64,000 bases of DNA from Myxococcota bacterium. Its GTDB lineage: Bacteria; Myxococcota_A; UBA9160; PR03. Location of the stretch: assembly GCA_041611735.1 (NCBI GenBank), contig JBFIML010000013.1, positions 12,188-76,187 on the forward strand, in the 5' to 3' direction. The first letter of the stretch is position 1; every line of letters starts with the position of its first letter. The notes under the pieces are model-generated. The model saw only the letters and a program-made list of their open reading frames with translations. It ran no database searches and was not told where the DNA came from. A program made the position numbers and the translations under genes. Positions 43,494-57,386 of this stretch are shown here, piece after piece.

Positions 43494-43865
43494 TCAGCGC
43501 GTTTCGAGCGCCTCCCGCAGCGTGGCGCGCAGGGCGTGGGCGTCCCAGGGCTTGGCGACCAGGGCGCGGATGCCCAGGGCCCGCATGCGCTCCGGGGCCA
43601 CCTCCTCCGGCCAGCCGCTCACCAGGATGCGGACCGCCTGGGGACAGCGGGCGGCCGCCTGGGCCAGGAGATCGAGGCCGCTCTGTCCCGGCATCTTGTG
43701 GTCGGAGAGGATGGCGTCCACCGTTCCCCCCTCGAGCAAGCGCAGGGCGTCGGTCCCGCTGGTCGCGGTGAGGATGCGGTAGCCCTCGCGGCGCAGCGTC
43801 CGCTCGAGGGCGTCCAGAATGCGCTCCTCGTCGTCTACGAGCAGGATCGTCGCAACCGGGGTCAA
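43494..43865 (-). CDS. Single-domain response regulator
   Basis: ILLVDDE, SDHKMPG, KPW; TTGA overlap with the kinase stop. Confidence 0.9.
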   Translation of the reverse strand: MTPVATILLVDDEERILDALERTLRREGYRILTATSGTDALRLLEGGTVDAILSDHKMPGQSGLDLLAQAAARCPQAVRILVSGWPEEVAPERMRALGIRALVAKPWDAHALRATLREALETR

Positions 43866-45160
43866 GGCCCCGGGTCCGGGGGCGGCCCGCCCTCGCAGGG
43901 AAGCCGGACCTCGAAGGTGCAGCCGCCGCCCGGCCGGCCTTCGGCACGCAGGGTGCCTCCATGCCGGCGCACCACGTCGTAGGCCGCCGAGAGGCCGAGG
44001 CCGGGCCCCTCGCCCGCCGGGCGGGTGGTGAAGAAGGGCTCGAAGACCCGTTCCCCCGGTCCGGGCGGCAGCCCGATCCCGTCGTCGCTCACTGCGACGC
44101 GCACGCCTTCGGGCACGGGCTCCGTGCGCAGGACGATCTCTCCCTGGCCCGCCTCCGTGCGCAGGCGTTCCTGGATGGCCTGGTGGGCATTCACCAGCAG
44201 GTTCATGAACACCTGTTGGAGCTGGGTGGGGCGACAGCGCACCAGGGGCAGCTCCCCGTACTCCTTGCGCAGCACCACCGTGTGCTTGAGGGTCGGCCAC
44301 ACGATGCGGGCCGTGGCGTCCAGGACCCGATTCAGGTCGGCGGGCACCGGCTCACCCTCGTGCGGGTCGGCGAAGACGCGCAGGTCCTGGACGATGTGGC
44401 GGATCCGCTCGGCGCCCTCCAGGGATTCGCGTACCGCCTTGGCGGCGTCGCCCAGCAGGAAGTCCGCATCGACCTGGCGGGCCAGGGCGTCCAGGCGGCC
44501 CCGGGCATCCCGCAGCCTCGCGTCGACGCTGGCGCCGGCCGCCTGGCGGAGCTCCGCCACCGCCTCCCACAGCCGACGCAGGTCCGCCAGGTACTCCTCG
44601 AGCTGGAAGAGGTTGGCGTGGATGAAGCCCATCGGGTTGTTGATCTCGTGGGCAACGCCCGCCGCGAGCCGGCCGATGGACGCCATCTTCTCCGCGTGGA
44701 GCACCTGGCGCTGCAGACGTCGGATCCCGGAGAGGTCCTGGAAGGTGGCGACGGCCCCGAGCGGCGAGCCGTCCGCTTCGAGCAGCGGCCCGGAGCTCAC
44801 TCCGATGGGGACGCGCTGGCCGTCGCGGCGGGTGAGCGTCAGCTCGGCGCCGCACACGCGGGCTCCCTCGCGCAGGCTGCGGGCGAAGGGGAGCTCGTCG
44901 CGTGGCGTGTCCGGAAACCAGTCCCACACCACGCGGCCCGGCAGCCCCTCGACGGCCTCGCCGAGGATGGCCGCGGCCGGCGGGTTGGCCCCGCTCACCT
45001 GACCGCCCGTGTCCACCACGAGGAGCGCGGTGTTCAGGTTGCGCAGGATGGCCTCGGCGTGCCTTCCCAGGGTCCCTGCGTTGCGGGCCGGGGAGGCCCC
45101 CGCGACCCCGGCGGCGGGGCGTGCAGCGACGCGGCGCGCGGGGCTGGACGGCTCGCTCAT
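43862..45160 (-). CDS. Cytoplasmic PAS sensor histidine kinase
   Basis: PAS, AHEINNP, QVFMNLLVNA, DDGIG, FEPFFTT; no TM. Confidence 0.92.
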   Translation of the reverse strand: MSEPSSPARRVAARPAAGVAGASPARNAGTLGRHAEAILRNLNTALLVVDTGGQVSGANPPAAAILGEAVEGLPGRVVWDWFPDTPRDELPFARSLREGARVCGAELTLTRRDGQRVPIGVSSGPLLEADGSPLGAVATFQDLSGIRRLQRQVLHAEKMASIGRLAAGVAHEINNPMGFIHANLFQLEEYLADLRRLWEAVAELRQAAGASVDARLRDARGRLDALARQVDADFLLGDAAKAVRESLEGAERIRHIVQDLRVFADPHEGEPVPADLNRVLDATARIVWPTLKHTVVLRKEYGELPLVRCRPTQLQQVFMNLLVNAHQAIQERLRTEAGQGEIVLRTEPVPEGVRVAVSDDGIGLPPGPGERVFEPFFTTRPAGEGPGLGLSAAYDVVRRHGGTLRAEGRPGGGCTFEVRLPCEGGPPPDPGP

Positions 45161-45202
45161 GGCGTGCTTCCGGCTCGGACGTGGTGGGGGGAACAGCGCA
45201 GG

Positions 45203-46642
45203 CTACCCGATGGACCCGTCGCGACCAACCCCTCCCCGCGGCGCGGGGATGCCGTGGCGCCCGAGCTTGCGGTAGAAGGTGCTGCGTCCGATCCCGAGCC
45301 GGCGCGCGGCCTGCGTGGCGTTCTGGCCGCTCTCGCGCAGGGCCCGCTCCAGGACGCTGCGCTCGTAGGCCTCCAGGGAGAGCGGCAGCGCCGCGGCGGC
45401 TCCGTCCCGACGCGGGGAGGCGCGGCGGGCCAGGGGAAGGGCCGCCGCACGCAGCCGCGGGCCGCGCGCCAGGGCCAGGGCCGACTCGAGCACGTTCTCG
45501 AGCTCTCGCACGTTCCCCGGCCAGTCGTGCTCCACGAGCAGGGCGAGGGCGTCGTCGTCGATCCCCTCCACGGGCGAACCCGCGCGCCGGTGGCGAGCCA
45601 GAAAATGGTGCACGAGCAAGGGGATGTCCTCTCTTCGTTCACGCAGAGTCGGAAGCTCCAGGCGCACCACGTTGAGGCGGTAGAAGAGGTCCATGCGGAA
45701 GGCCCCGTCCTCCACCATGGCGGCCAGGTCGCGGTGAGTGGCCGAGACCACGCGGAGGTCCACGGGGACGGGCTCGGCCGCCCCGACCGGGCGCACCTCC
45801 TTGTGCTGGAGCGCCCGGAGGAGCTTGGCCTGGACCGCCACCGGGATCTCGCCCACCTCGTCCAGGAACAGCGTGCCGCCCTCCGCCATGCGGAACAGCC
45901 CCGGGGCCCCGACGGCGCCGGTGAAGGCACCGCGCTGGTTCCCGAACAGCTCGCTCTCGATGATCGACTCGGGCAGCGCGCCGCAATCGACGGGCACGAA
46001 GGGCCCTCCGGCGCGCCGGCTCGTGGCGTGGATGGCCCGCGCCACCAGCTCCTTGCCCGTACCGCTCTCGCCGAGGACGAGCACCTGGCTCTCGTTGTGA
46101 CGCAGGCTCCCGATCATCCGCACCAGGGCGCGCATGCGGGGAGAGGTCCCGACCAGCTCCGGCAGCGTGGCACGCCCGCGGAGTTCCTCCTCGAGCTCCC
46201 GGTTGCGACTCACCAGCCGCCGGCGTTCCAGGGCCTTGCGCACCGTGGTACGCACGCGGTGCACGTCCTCGAAGGGCTTGGCCAGATAGTCGAAGGCGCC
46301 GCGCCGCATGCAGCCGACTGCGCTCTCGACGCTCGCATGCCCGGTCATCACGATCACCTCGAGCTCGGAGTGCTCGCGCTTCAGGCGATCGAGCCACTCG
46401 AGGCCGCTGGCGGAGCCCAGGAACAGGTCGAGGAGCACCACGTCGGGAGGCGCTTCCGCCAGCGCCTGCTCCAGCTCCCGGGGACCCGCGGCCTGCAGGA
46501 CCCGGTGGCCATCGGCCCCCAGGATCCGGGAGAGGGCACGCAGCAGGAGCGGCTCGTCGTCCACCACGAGGACGAGGCCCGGGGCCTCCTCGGCCCGCAC
46601 GCCCCGGCCGTGCGCCGACGGCAGCGCGCACTCGGTCGTCAT
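45203..46642 (-). CDS. sigma54-dependent response regulator (NtrC family)
   Basis: REC, GESGTGKE, GAFTGA, HTH; start uncertain (ATG 46642 or GTG 46600). Confidence 0.92.
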   Translation of the reverse strand: MTTECALPSAHGRGVRAEEAPGLVLVVDDEPLLLRALSRILGADGHRVLQAAGPRELEQALAEAPPDVVLLDLFLGSASGLEWLDRLKREHSELEVIVMTGHASVESAVGCMRRGAFDYLAKPFEDVHRVRTTVRKALERRRLVSRNRELEEELRGRATLPELVGTSPRMRALVRMIGSLRHNESQVLVLGESGTGKELVARAIHATSRRAGGPFVPVDCGALPESIIESELFGNQRGAFTGAVGAPGLFRMAEGGTLFLDEVGEIPVAVQAKLLRALQHKEVRPVGAAEPVPVDLRVVSATHRDLAAMVEDGAFRMDLFYRLNVVRLELPTLRERREDIPLLVHHFLARHRRAGSPVEGIDDDALALLVEHDWPGNVRELENVLESALALARGPRLRAAALPLARRASPRRDGAAAALPLSLEAYERSVLERALRESGQNATQAARRLGIGRSTFYRKLGRHGIPAPRGGVGRDGSIG

Positions 46643-46649
46643 GCCCGGC

Positions 46650-46677
46650 CTATCGGTCCCGCTTTCGGGACGCTTGA
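46650..46677 (-). promoter_or_regulatory. sigma28-type promoter of the activator-kinase-RR operon
   Basis: Minus strand TCAAG-N15-ACCGATAG. Confidence 0.65.
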
Positions 46678-46686
46678 GGCCCGGGG

Positions 46687-46715
46687 TTGAAGCGCGCTCG
46701 CCCGCTGCGTACACT
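46687..46715 (+). promoter_or_regulatory. sigma70-type promoter of the FleQ-like activator
   Basis: TTGAAG-N17-TACACT. Confidence 0.7.
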
Positions 46716-46752
46716 TGGGTTGCCCCCCCTCCGTAGTCGCGGAGGTATCCCG

Positions 46753-48147
<1,395 letters not shown>

Positions 48148-48202
48148 GCTTCGGCCCGCCAGGCGCCCGGGCGACGATTTCGTAACCCCCGCCGGCGGCG
48201 GT

Positions 48203-48218
48203 CGTCGGATTCCTGACG
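48203..48218. promoter_or_regulatory. Candidate activator binding site (FleQ-box-like palindrome)
   Basis: CGTC-GGATTCCT-GACG (GTC-N8-GAC), about 190 nt upstream of the fliA sigma54 promoter. Confidence 0.4.
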
Positions 48219-48406
48219 CTTTCGCCGGCGGCTGATTGGGCCCGCCGCCCCGGGCGGCACTCGACCTGCGCAAGAGCCTGCACTCCGGCCACGCCGCCCG
48301 GAAGCGGGAAAGCGGAACCGGCACCCGGGGTTGCGCCGCTGGGGAGGCGCCGGCCGCCGTCCGCCTGCGCGCTCCCGGACCGCGCGGCCCGTTTCGAACC
48401 CGAACT

Positions 48407-48422
48407 TGGCACGCGCCGTGCT
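48407..48422 (+). promoter_or_regulatory. sigma54 promoter of fliA
   Basis: TGGCAC-GCGCC-GTGCT (GG-N10-GC), about 92 nt upstream of the ATG. Confidence 0.7.
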
Positions 48423-48513
48423 TTGCTGCGCAGCCTGCGCGCAACCCGGTGCGCTCGGGAGCGGCACGAAGCTGCGGATGCGTCGCTCGTCAACCGTCCA
48501 GGAGGAGGACTGC

Positions 48514-49278
48514 ATGGAGCAGATGCTCCGCGATGCCAAGGAGAGATACTCGGAGATTCCCGCGTCGCTCAAGGAGCAGATCGTGCTCGAGCACGCCCCC
48601 CTGATCCGCTACATCGTGAACCGCATTGCCGTCCGTCTGCCTTCCCACATCGATCTCGACGACCTGCACAACACCGGCGTGATCGGCCTGATGGACGCGA
48701 TCGAGAAGTACGATCCGGAGAAGAACTGCAAGTTCAAGACCTACGCCGAGTTCCGCATCAAGGGAGCGATCCTCGACCAGCTGCGCTCGCTGGACTGGGT
48801 GCCGCGCAGCGTGCGCCAGAAGGGTCGCCGGCTGGAGCGGGCCTACGGCGAGGTGGAGCAGCGCCTCGGGCGCTCGGCCACGGAGGAGGAGGTGGCCGAC
48901 TCCCTGGGGCTGCAGATCGAGAAGTTCCACGAGCTGCTCAACCAGGTCCGCGGCGTCTCCCTGGTGAACCTGGAGGAGCTGCGGGGCACCGGGCCCGACG
49001 GAGAGCGCACCGGCGGCTACGCGGACATCGTGGAGGACGTGCACTCCGAGAACCCGTTCTCCGCCCTCAAGCTCTCCGAGACCAAGCGCCTGATCGGCGA
49101 CACGATCGCGAGCCTGCCCGAGAAGGAGCGGCTGGTGATCTCCTTCTACTACCACGAGGACCTGAACATGAAGGAGATCGGGTCGATCCTGGGCATCACG
49201 GAGTCGCGCGTGTGCCAGATCCACACGAAGGCGGTGCTGCGGCTGCGTGCCAAGCTGAAGGCCCTGCTGGAGCGGTAG
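48514..49278 (+). CDS. fliA: RNA polymerase sigma factor, FliA/WhiG (sigma28) family
   Basis: FKTYAEFRIKGAILDQLRSLDWVPRSVR, KEIGSILGITESRVCQIH; SD GGAGGAGG. Confidence 0.95.
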   Translation: MEQMLRDAKERYSEIPASLKEQIVLEHAPLIRYIVNRIAVRLPSHIDLDDLHNTGVIGLMDAIEKYDPEKNCKFKTYAEFRIKGAILDQLRSLDWVPRSVRQKGRRLERAYGEVEQRLGRSATEEEVADSLGLQIEKFHELLNQVRGVSLVNLEELRGTGPDGERTGGYADIVEDVHSENPFSALKLSETKRLIGDTIASLPEKERLVISFYYHEDLNMKEIGSILGITESRVCQIHTKAVLRLRAKLKALLER

Positions 49279-49288
49279 CAAGCGCAGC

Positions 49289-49400
49289 CCGCAAGCGGAG
49301 CGCGCAGCCGCAAGCGGAGCGCGCAGCGAGCCGCAGGCGAGCGAAGTCCAACCAGCCGCAGGCGAGCGAAGTCCACCCAGCCCGCAGCCGAGCGGAGTCC
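49289..49400. repeat. Short intergenic tandem repeats (REP-like)
   Basis: CCGCAAGCGGAGCGCGCAG twice (49289-49326); AGCCGCAGGCGAGCGAAGTCCA twice (49329-49350, 49354-49375) plus a degenerate third copy. Confidence 0.8.
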
Positions 49401-49471
49401 CCAGGCCGGGAGCCCCGCGCCCCGCGCGGCCTGCCTGGCAGGCTGCCGAAAAACCCCGGCGTTTCGCCGGA

Positions 49472-50203
49472 TCAGTCCGTCTTCTCGCAGCGCACCAGGA
49501 CGACCGTGATGTTGTCCTCGCCGCCGCGCTCGTTGGCGAGGGCGATCAGTCCGTCCGCGGCCGTCTGGAGATCCCCCTCCCCGGCCAGCGCCGCGGCGAT
49601 CTCCTCGTCGCGCACGTGGTTGGTGAGGCCGTCGGAGCAGAGCACGAAGACGTCGTCGGGAGCCAGGGTGAGCTCCGCCAGGTCCGGCTCCGCGTTGGGC
49701 CGCACGCCGAGGGCCCGGGTGAGCACGTGGCGGTGCGGGTGCTCCCGGGCTGCATCCGGGCTGATCTCGCGGCGGCGCACCAGCTCCGCCACGATGGAGT
49801 GATCGTCCGTGAGCTGCCGCAGCCGCCCCCCACGCTGCAGGTAGGCCCGGCTGTCCCCCACGTGGGCCAGCGCCGCCCGCCCCTCGTCCAGCAGCAGGGC
49901 CACGAGCGTGGTTCCCATGCCGGCGAGCTCCGCGTGGTCGTGGGCGGTCTGGAAGATCTGGCGGTTGGCGGCGGCCACGGCGTAGCGGAGCTTCTCGGCG
50001 AGGCTCGCGGAGGCACCCGCCAGGGTGCTCACGGCCCGCAGGGCCTCCTCCGCGGCCAGCCGGCTGGCCAGCTGGCCGGCCGTGTGGCCTCCCATGCCGT
50101 CGGCCACCAGGAACAGGCCGAACTCGGGGGCCAGGGCGTAGCGGTCCTCGTTGGTGGAGCGCCGCCGCCCGACGTCTGATCCGGCCGTCGCCCGCAGGAT
50201 CAA
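49472..50203 (-). CDS. PP2C-family Ser/Thr phosphatase (Stp1/Pph1-like)
   Basis: DVGRRRSTNED, VADGMGG, MGTT, HVGDSR, CSDGL, GGEDN; TTG start behind GAGAGGGGG. Confidence 0.95.
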   Translation of the reverse strand: MILRATAGSDVGRRRSTNEDRYALAPEFGLFLVADGMGGHTAGQLASRLAAEEALRAVSTLAGASASLAEKLRYAVAAANRQIFQTAHDHAELAGMGTTLVALLLDEGRAALAHVGDSRAYLQRGGRLRQLTDDHSIVAELVRRREISPDAAREHPHRHVLTRALGVRPNAEPDLAELTLAPDDVFVLCSDGLTNHVRDEEIAAALAGEGDLQTAADGLIALANERGGEDNITVVLVRCEKTD

Positions 50204-50275
50204 CGAAAAGCCCCCTCTCGCGCTCCGCAGGCCGGGCACGCAAGCCCCCGCCTCCCGGCCCGGACCGCCACGGTT

Positions 50276-50303
50276 TCATCGGAGTCTCCAGCCCGCCACT
50301 TGA
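50276..50303 (-). promoter_or_regulatory. sigma28-type promoter of the PP2C gene
   Basis: Minus strand TCAAG-N15-TCCGATGA. Confidence 0.6.
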
Positions 50304-50385
50304 CGGACGGGCCTCGAGGCGCTGCCGTTGCGGGGAGCCCACCCCGGGGGTCGCTCCACCGCGGCGCCGGGCGGCGAAAAAGCAT

Positions 50386-50413
50386 TCAATTCCCGGGGCC
50401 GCGCCGTCGATAA
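50386..50413 (+). promoter_or_regulatory. sigma28-type promoter of romR
   Basis: TCAAT-N15-GTCGATAA, 60 nt upstream of the ATG. Confidence 0.6.
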
Positions 50414-50473
50414 TAGGCGCGGAGGGCGTCGATCGGCGAGCGCCCTGGCCGTTCGGCATCGGGTGGGGGAATC

Positions 50474-51973
50474 ATGCCCAGAACGCTGCTCCTCGCTGAC
50501 GACAGCGTGACGATCCAGAAGGTCGTCGGAATCAGCTTCGCCAACGAAGACGTGGTCCTGCTCACCGTCGACAACGGCGACGATGCGATCCGCCGCGCAC
50601 GGGAGACCCGTCCGGACGTGGTCCTGGCCGACGTGGTGATGCCCGGCAAGAGCGGCTATGAGGTCTGCGAGGCGATCAAGCGGGACCCGCAGCTCGCTCA
50701 CGTGCCGGTGCTATTGCTGACGGGCACCTTCGAGCCCTTCGACGAGGAGCGGGCGAGCCGGGCCGGGGCCGACGGGCACATCACCAAGCCCTTCGAGGCC
50801 CAGGCGCTGGTGGATCAGGTGAACGCCCTGTTCGCGAAGAGCGCCGCGGCGGCCTCGGCGCCCGCCGGGCGCCCGCAGCCCGTGGGGCCCCCCGGCGCAT
50901 CCCAGGCCTACGATTTCTTCGAGGACGACCTGTCGCCGTCCATGCCGACCGCCGGCGAGGCCGCTGCGCCTCCCCCCCTACCGCCGGAGGCCGCGCTGGA
51001 GCTCGACGAGGACCCGGAGCCCCTGGAGCTCGAGGCTGCGGTGGAGGACGACCTGGCAGGCGGACCGATCTCCGAAGCCCGCTCGGTGCCCCCCCCGCCC
51101 CCCCCGGCCGCGGACTGGCAGCCCGGTCCCGGCGAGACGGACTTCACCACCTGGGGGATGGAGCCGCCTCTCGAGGCCGCGCCTGGCTCCCGGGAGCGCG
51201 TGCCCGCGCCGCCGCCGACTCCGGTCGAGACGCCGCGGAGCGGGCCGGAGTCGAACTCCTGGGGTGACGTGACCGGCGGAGGACCGTTCAGCCTCGATTT
51301 CATGCAGCCCGAGCAGACCTCGGATCGCGGCGCCGAAGATCCCCTGGCCCAGCTCGGGTCCGAGGAGCTCGGAGCGGAGGCGGTGCTGGACCCGGAGGCG
51401 GCCCGCGCCCACGAAGTCTCCTCTTCCGACCTGGGCGCCACCCCGTCGGATTACGACACGCCCACCGCCCGGCCCTACGGCGTCCGGACCCCCGCGCGGC
51501 CCCCCGCCCCGGCTCCTGCCCAGCCCGCCGAAGGCCGGCCGACGCCAGAGCCTTCCTTCGCCGACGTGCCCCTCGCGGAACCGGCACCCTTCGGTCCGCC
51601 GGCCTCGCGCCGCGCGGACGAGGCAGCGATCCCGGAGTCGGAGACGGCCATGACGGAGCTCGAGCCCGTCGCGGAGCTCGAGGAGACCGGGCATGGGGCG
51701 CTCGCGCCGGAGCCCTCCATCGTGGCGGATCCCGAGCGCGCAGCTCCGGTCCACGCGCCCGGCGCGCCGACGCCCCCCGGCGAGCTTCGCCAGCGGATGC
51801 ACGAGAGCATCGAGAAGGTGGCTTGGGAGGCCTTCGGAGACCTGTCGGAGCGCATCGTGCGCGAGGTCGTGGAGCGGGTCGAGGCGGTGGCGTGGGAGGT
51901 CATCCCGCAGGTGGCGGAATCGCTGATCCGCGAGGAGATCCAGCGCCTGCAGAACGAGGACTCGGGCGCCTAG
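50474..51973 (+). CDS. romR: RomR-like polarity response regulator
   Basis: LLLADDSVTIQKVV REC, Pro/acidic linker, C-terminal VAWEVIPQVAESLIREEIQRL; adjacent to valS. Confidence 0.88.
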   Translation: MPRTLLLADDSVTIQKVVGISFANEDVVLLTVDNGDDAIRRARETRPDVVLADVVMPGKSGYEVCEAIKRDPQLAHVPVLLLTGTFEPFDEERASRAGADGHITKPFEAQALVDQVNALFAKSAAAASAPAGRPQPVGPPGASQAYDFFEDDLSPSMPTAGEAAAPPPLPPEAALELDEDPEPLELEAAVEDDLAGGPISEARSVPPPPPPAADWQPGPGETDFTTWGMEPPLEAAPGSRERVPAPPPTPVETPRSGPESNSWGDVTGGGPFSLDFMQPEQTSDRGAEDPLAQLGSEELGAEAVLDPEAARAHEVSSSDLGATPSDYDTPTARPYGVRTPARPPAPAPAQPAEGRPTPEPSFADVPLAEPAPFGPPASRRADEAAIPESETAMTELEPVAELEETGHGALAPEPSIVADPERAAPVHAPGAPTPPGELRQRMHESIEKVAWEAFGDLSERIVREVVERVEAVAWEVIPQVAESLIREEIQRLQNEDSGA

Positions 51974-52008
51974 CGCCCCCCCTGCCCCGCGGGTAGACTC
52001 GCGCTCTC

Positions 52009-54701
<2,693 letters not shown>

Positions 54702-54705
<4 letters not shown>

Positions 54706-55571
54706 GGCCCCGCCCGCCCCTGCCCCCGCCTTCCGCCTGGCGGCCCCTGGTCGAGCTCGCCCTGGCCGAGGACCTGGGACCCGGCGACGTCACGACCCCC
54801 CTGGTGGTGCCGGCCGCCGCTCGGGGCCAGGCCCGCATCGAGGCCCGCCAGCCCCTGGTGACCTGCGGCCTCCCGGTGGCGTGGGCGGTGTTCGAGGCCG
54901 TGGATCCGCACCTGGCCGTGCAGGCCCAGGTCGAGGAGGGAGAACAGGTCTCGGACGGCGCCGTGCTCCTGCGCGTAACGGGCTGCGTGCGCTCGATCCT
55001 GGCCGCCGAGCGCACCGCGCTCAACTTCCTGGCGCGGCTGTGCGGTGTGGCGACCTTCACGCACCGCTTCGTGGAGGCGGTGGCCGGCAGCGGTACCCGC
55101 GTCGTCGACACCCGCAAGACGCTGCCCGGCTGGCGGGTCCTCGACAAGTACGCAACCGCCGTGGGGGGCGCCGGGAACCATCGCATGGGCCTCTACGACG
55201 GCCTACTGCTCAAGGACAACCACCTGGCCACCGCGGGGGGCGTGGCGGCTGCGGTGAAGGCGGCGCGAGCGGGGGCGCCGACCCACCTGCGCCTGCAGGT
55301 GGAGGTGGAGTCGGAGCCGGAAGCCGAGGCGGCCGTCGCGGCCGGCGCCGACGCCCTGTTGCTCGACAATCGCTCGCCCGCAGAGCTGCAGCGCTTCGTA
55401 GAGCGCTTCGGAGAGCGCGTGCTGCTCGAGGCGAGCGGCGGCGTCACCCTGGAGCGGGTGCGGGAGATCGCGGCCACCGGCGTGCACCGCGTCTCGATCG
55501 GAGCCCTGACCCATTCGGCGCCCGCCGCGGACGTGGCGCTGGAGCTGGAAGGATTCCCGACGGGCACCTGA
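54702..55571 (+). CDS. nadC: Quinolinate phosphoribosyltransferase
   Basis: EDLGPGDVTT, DTRKTLPG, LKDNH, EASGG; TTGA overlap with valS. Confidence 0.96.
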
Positions 55572-56572
55572 GCCGGGGCGCGGCGCACGTCCTCGCGGCG
55601 CTGCGGCGCGAACGCGAGCGATCGCTCTCGGGAGCCGCGTTGTCGTCGGCCCTCGGCGTGAGCCGCGCCCAGGTCTGGAAACACGTGCGCGCCCTGCGCG
55701 CACGCGGCTACCGGATCGACGGCACGCCGGGCGGCGGCTACCGGCTCGCGGCCATCCCGGATCGCTTGTACCCCGAGGAGGTCGAAGCCCGGCTCGCCAC
55801 CTCCTGGCTGGCGCGTTCCCTGCACTGGTACGAATCCGTGGATTCCACCAACCGGGTCGCCCTGGAGCTGGCTCGCCGCGACGCGGCCGCCGGCACCACG
55901 GTGGTGGCCGAGGGTCAGACGGCCGGCCGCGGCCGCCTCGGGCGCGCCTTCTTCTCGCCTGCCGGGGTGAACCTCTACACGTCGGTGGTGCTGCGGCCCG
56001 AGCTGTCCACCGCCGAGGCGCCGACCCTGATCCTGACCGCCGCGGTCGCCGTGGCCGAGGCGGTCGCGGCGGAGCTGGACGATCCCGAGGCGGTCGAGAT
56101 CAAGTGGCCAAACGACGTTCTGCTCGGCGGGCTCAAGACTGCCGGGATCCTGATGGAGCTCGGCGCCGAGGCCACCCGCGTGGCGTTCCTGGTGCTTGGG
56201 ATCGGGGTGAACCTGAACGTGGCACGCAGCGCGCTCCCGCCCGCGTTCCGCGCCTCCGCCACCAGCGTCGCGAGCCACAGCGGGCGCCTGCTGGACCGGG
56301 TGGCCTTCGCCTGCCGTCTTTACGGTACCCTCGAAGAGGTGCTCGAACGCCACGCCGAAGGAGGATTCGCGGCGGTGCGTCCCCGCTTCGAGGCGCGCTT
56401 CCGCATGGCGGGACGCCCGGTCTCCGTGAGCGAGCCGGGCGGGGGGCGCTTCGACGCCGTGGCACTCGGGATCGATTCCGACGGAGCGCTCCGGGTCCGA
56501 CCCCGCGGCGGCGCGCCCCGGCGCGTGCTGGCTGCAGACGTGACCCTCTCCCGCCAGGAGGTACCCGGGTGA
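55568..56572 (+). CDS. birA: Bifunctional biotin repressor / biotin-protein ligase
   Basis: HTH (GVSRAQVWKHV), DSTN, QTAGRGRLGR, KWPND; CTG start overlapping the nadC stop. Confidence 0.94.
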   Translation: MSRGAAHVLAALRRERERSLSGAALSSALGVSRAQVWKHVRALRARGYRIDGTPGGGYRLAAIPDRLYPEEVEARLATSWLARSLHWYESVDSTNRVALELARRDAAAGTTVVAEGQTAGRGRLGRAFFSPAGVNLYTSVVLRPELSTAEAPTLILTAAVAVAEAVAAELDDPEAVEIKWPNDVLLGGLKTAGILMELGAEATRVAFLVLGIGVNLNVARSALPPAFRASATSVASHSGRLLDRVAFACRLYGTLEEVLERHAEGGFAAVRPRFEARFRMAGRPVSVSEPGGGRFDAVALGIDSDGALRVRPRGGAPRRVLAADVTLSRQEVPG

Positions 56573-57384
56573 GCGACACGGTCCTGCTGGCCGTGGACAT
56601 CGGCAACACCAACGTCTCGCTGGGCATCTTCGAGTACCAGGGCGAGGCGGTCCAACTGAGCCACCACTGGCGGCTCGGCACCCATCGCGAGCAGACCTCC
56701 GACGAGCTCGCCATCACCGTACGCGCGCTCTTCGAACCCAACGGCCCGGCGGTGCAGCGTATCAGCCACGTGATCATCTCGAGCGTCGTGCCTCCCCTGC
56801 TGCCGATCTGGGAGCGGGTGTGCAGCAAGCTGTTCGACCGCGCGCCCCTCGTGGTCGGGCCCGGCATCCGCACCGGCATGCCCGTGCGCTACGAGAACCC
56901 CCATGAGGTCGGCGCCGACCGCATCGTGAACAGCGTGGCCGCCCTGGCGCTGGTGGGAGCCCCGCTCATCGCGGTGGACTTCGGGACCGCCACCACCTTC
57001 GACTGCGTCTCGGCGGCCGGTGAATACCTGGGCGGCGCCATCTTTCCGGGCATCCACATCGCCATGGAGGCGCTGTTCTCGCGGGCGGCCATGCTGCACC
57101 GGGTGGAGCTCACGCGCCCCAAGGCCGTGATCGGCCGCACGACGACGCAGGCGCTGCAGTCGGGTCTCCTGTATGGCTACGCCTCCATGGTGGACGGCAT
57201 GGTCGAGCGCCTGCGCACGGAGCTCGGCGCCGAGGCCCGCGTGGTGGCCACCGGCGGCCTGGCCCAGCGCGTCGCCGCCGAGAGCCGGACGATCGAGCGT
57301 GTGGAACCCTTCCTCACCCTGGAGGGGCTGCGGCTGCTCTTCGAGAAGAACGAACGCGGCCCGCTGCCGCGCAAGGAGAGGTAG
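56569..57384 (+). CDS. coaX: Type III pantothenate kinase
   Basis: VDIGNTN, GADR, DFGTATT, ATGG. Confidence 0.96.
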   Translation: MSDTVLLAVDIGNTNVSLGIFEYQGEAVQLSHHWRLGTHREQTSDELAITVRALFEPNGPAVQRISHVIISSVVPPLLPIWERVCSKLFDRAPLVVGPGIRTGMPVRYENPHEVGADRIVNSVAALALVGAPLIAVDFGTATTFDCVSAAGEYLGGAIFPGIHIAMEALFSRAAMLHRVELTRPKAVIGRTTTQALQSGLLYGYASMVDGMVERLRTELGAEARVVATGGLAQRVAAESRTIERVEPFLTLEGLRLLFEKNERGPLPRKER

Positions 57385-57386
57385 GC

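Noticed and set aside
49289-49400. Possible CRISPR array
   Set aside because: Repeats are adjacent or 3 nt apart, with no unique spacers and no cas genes.
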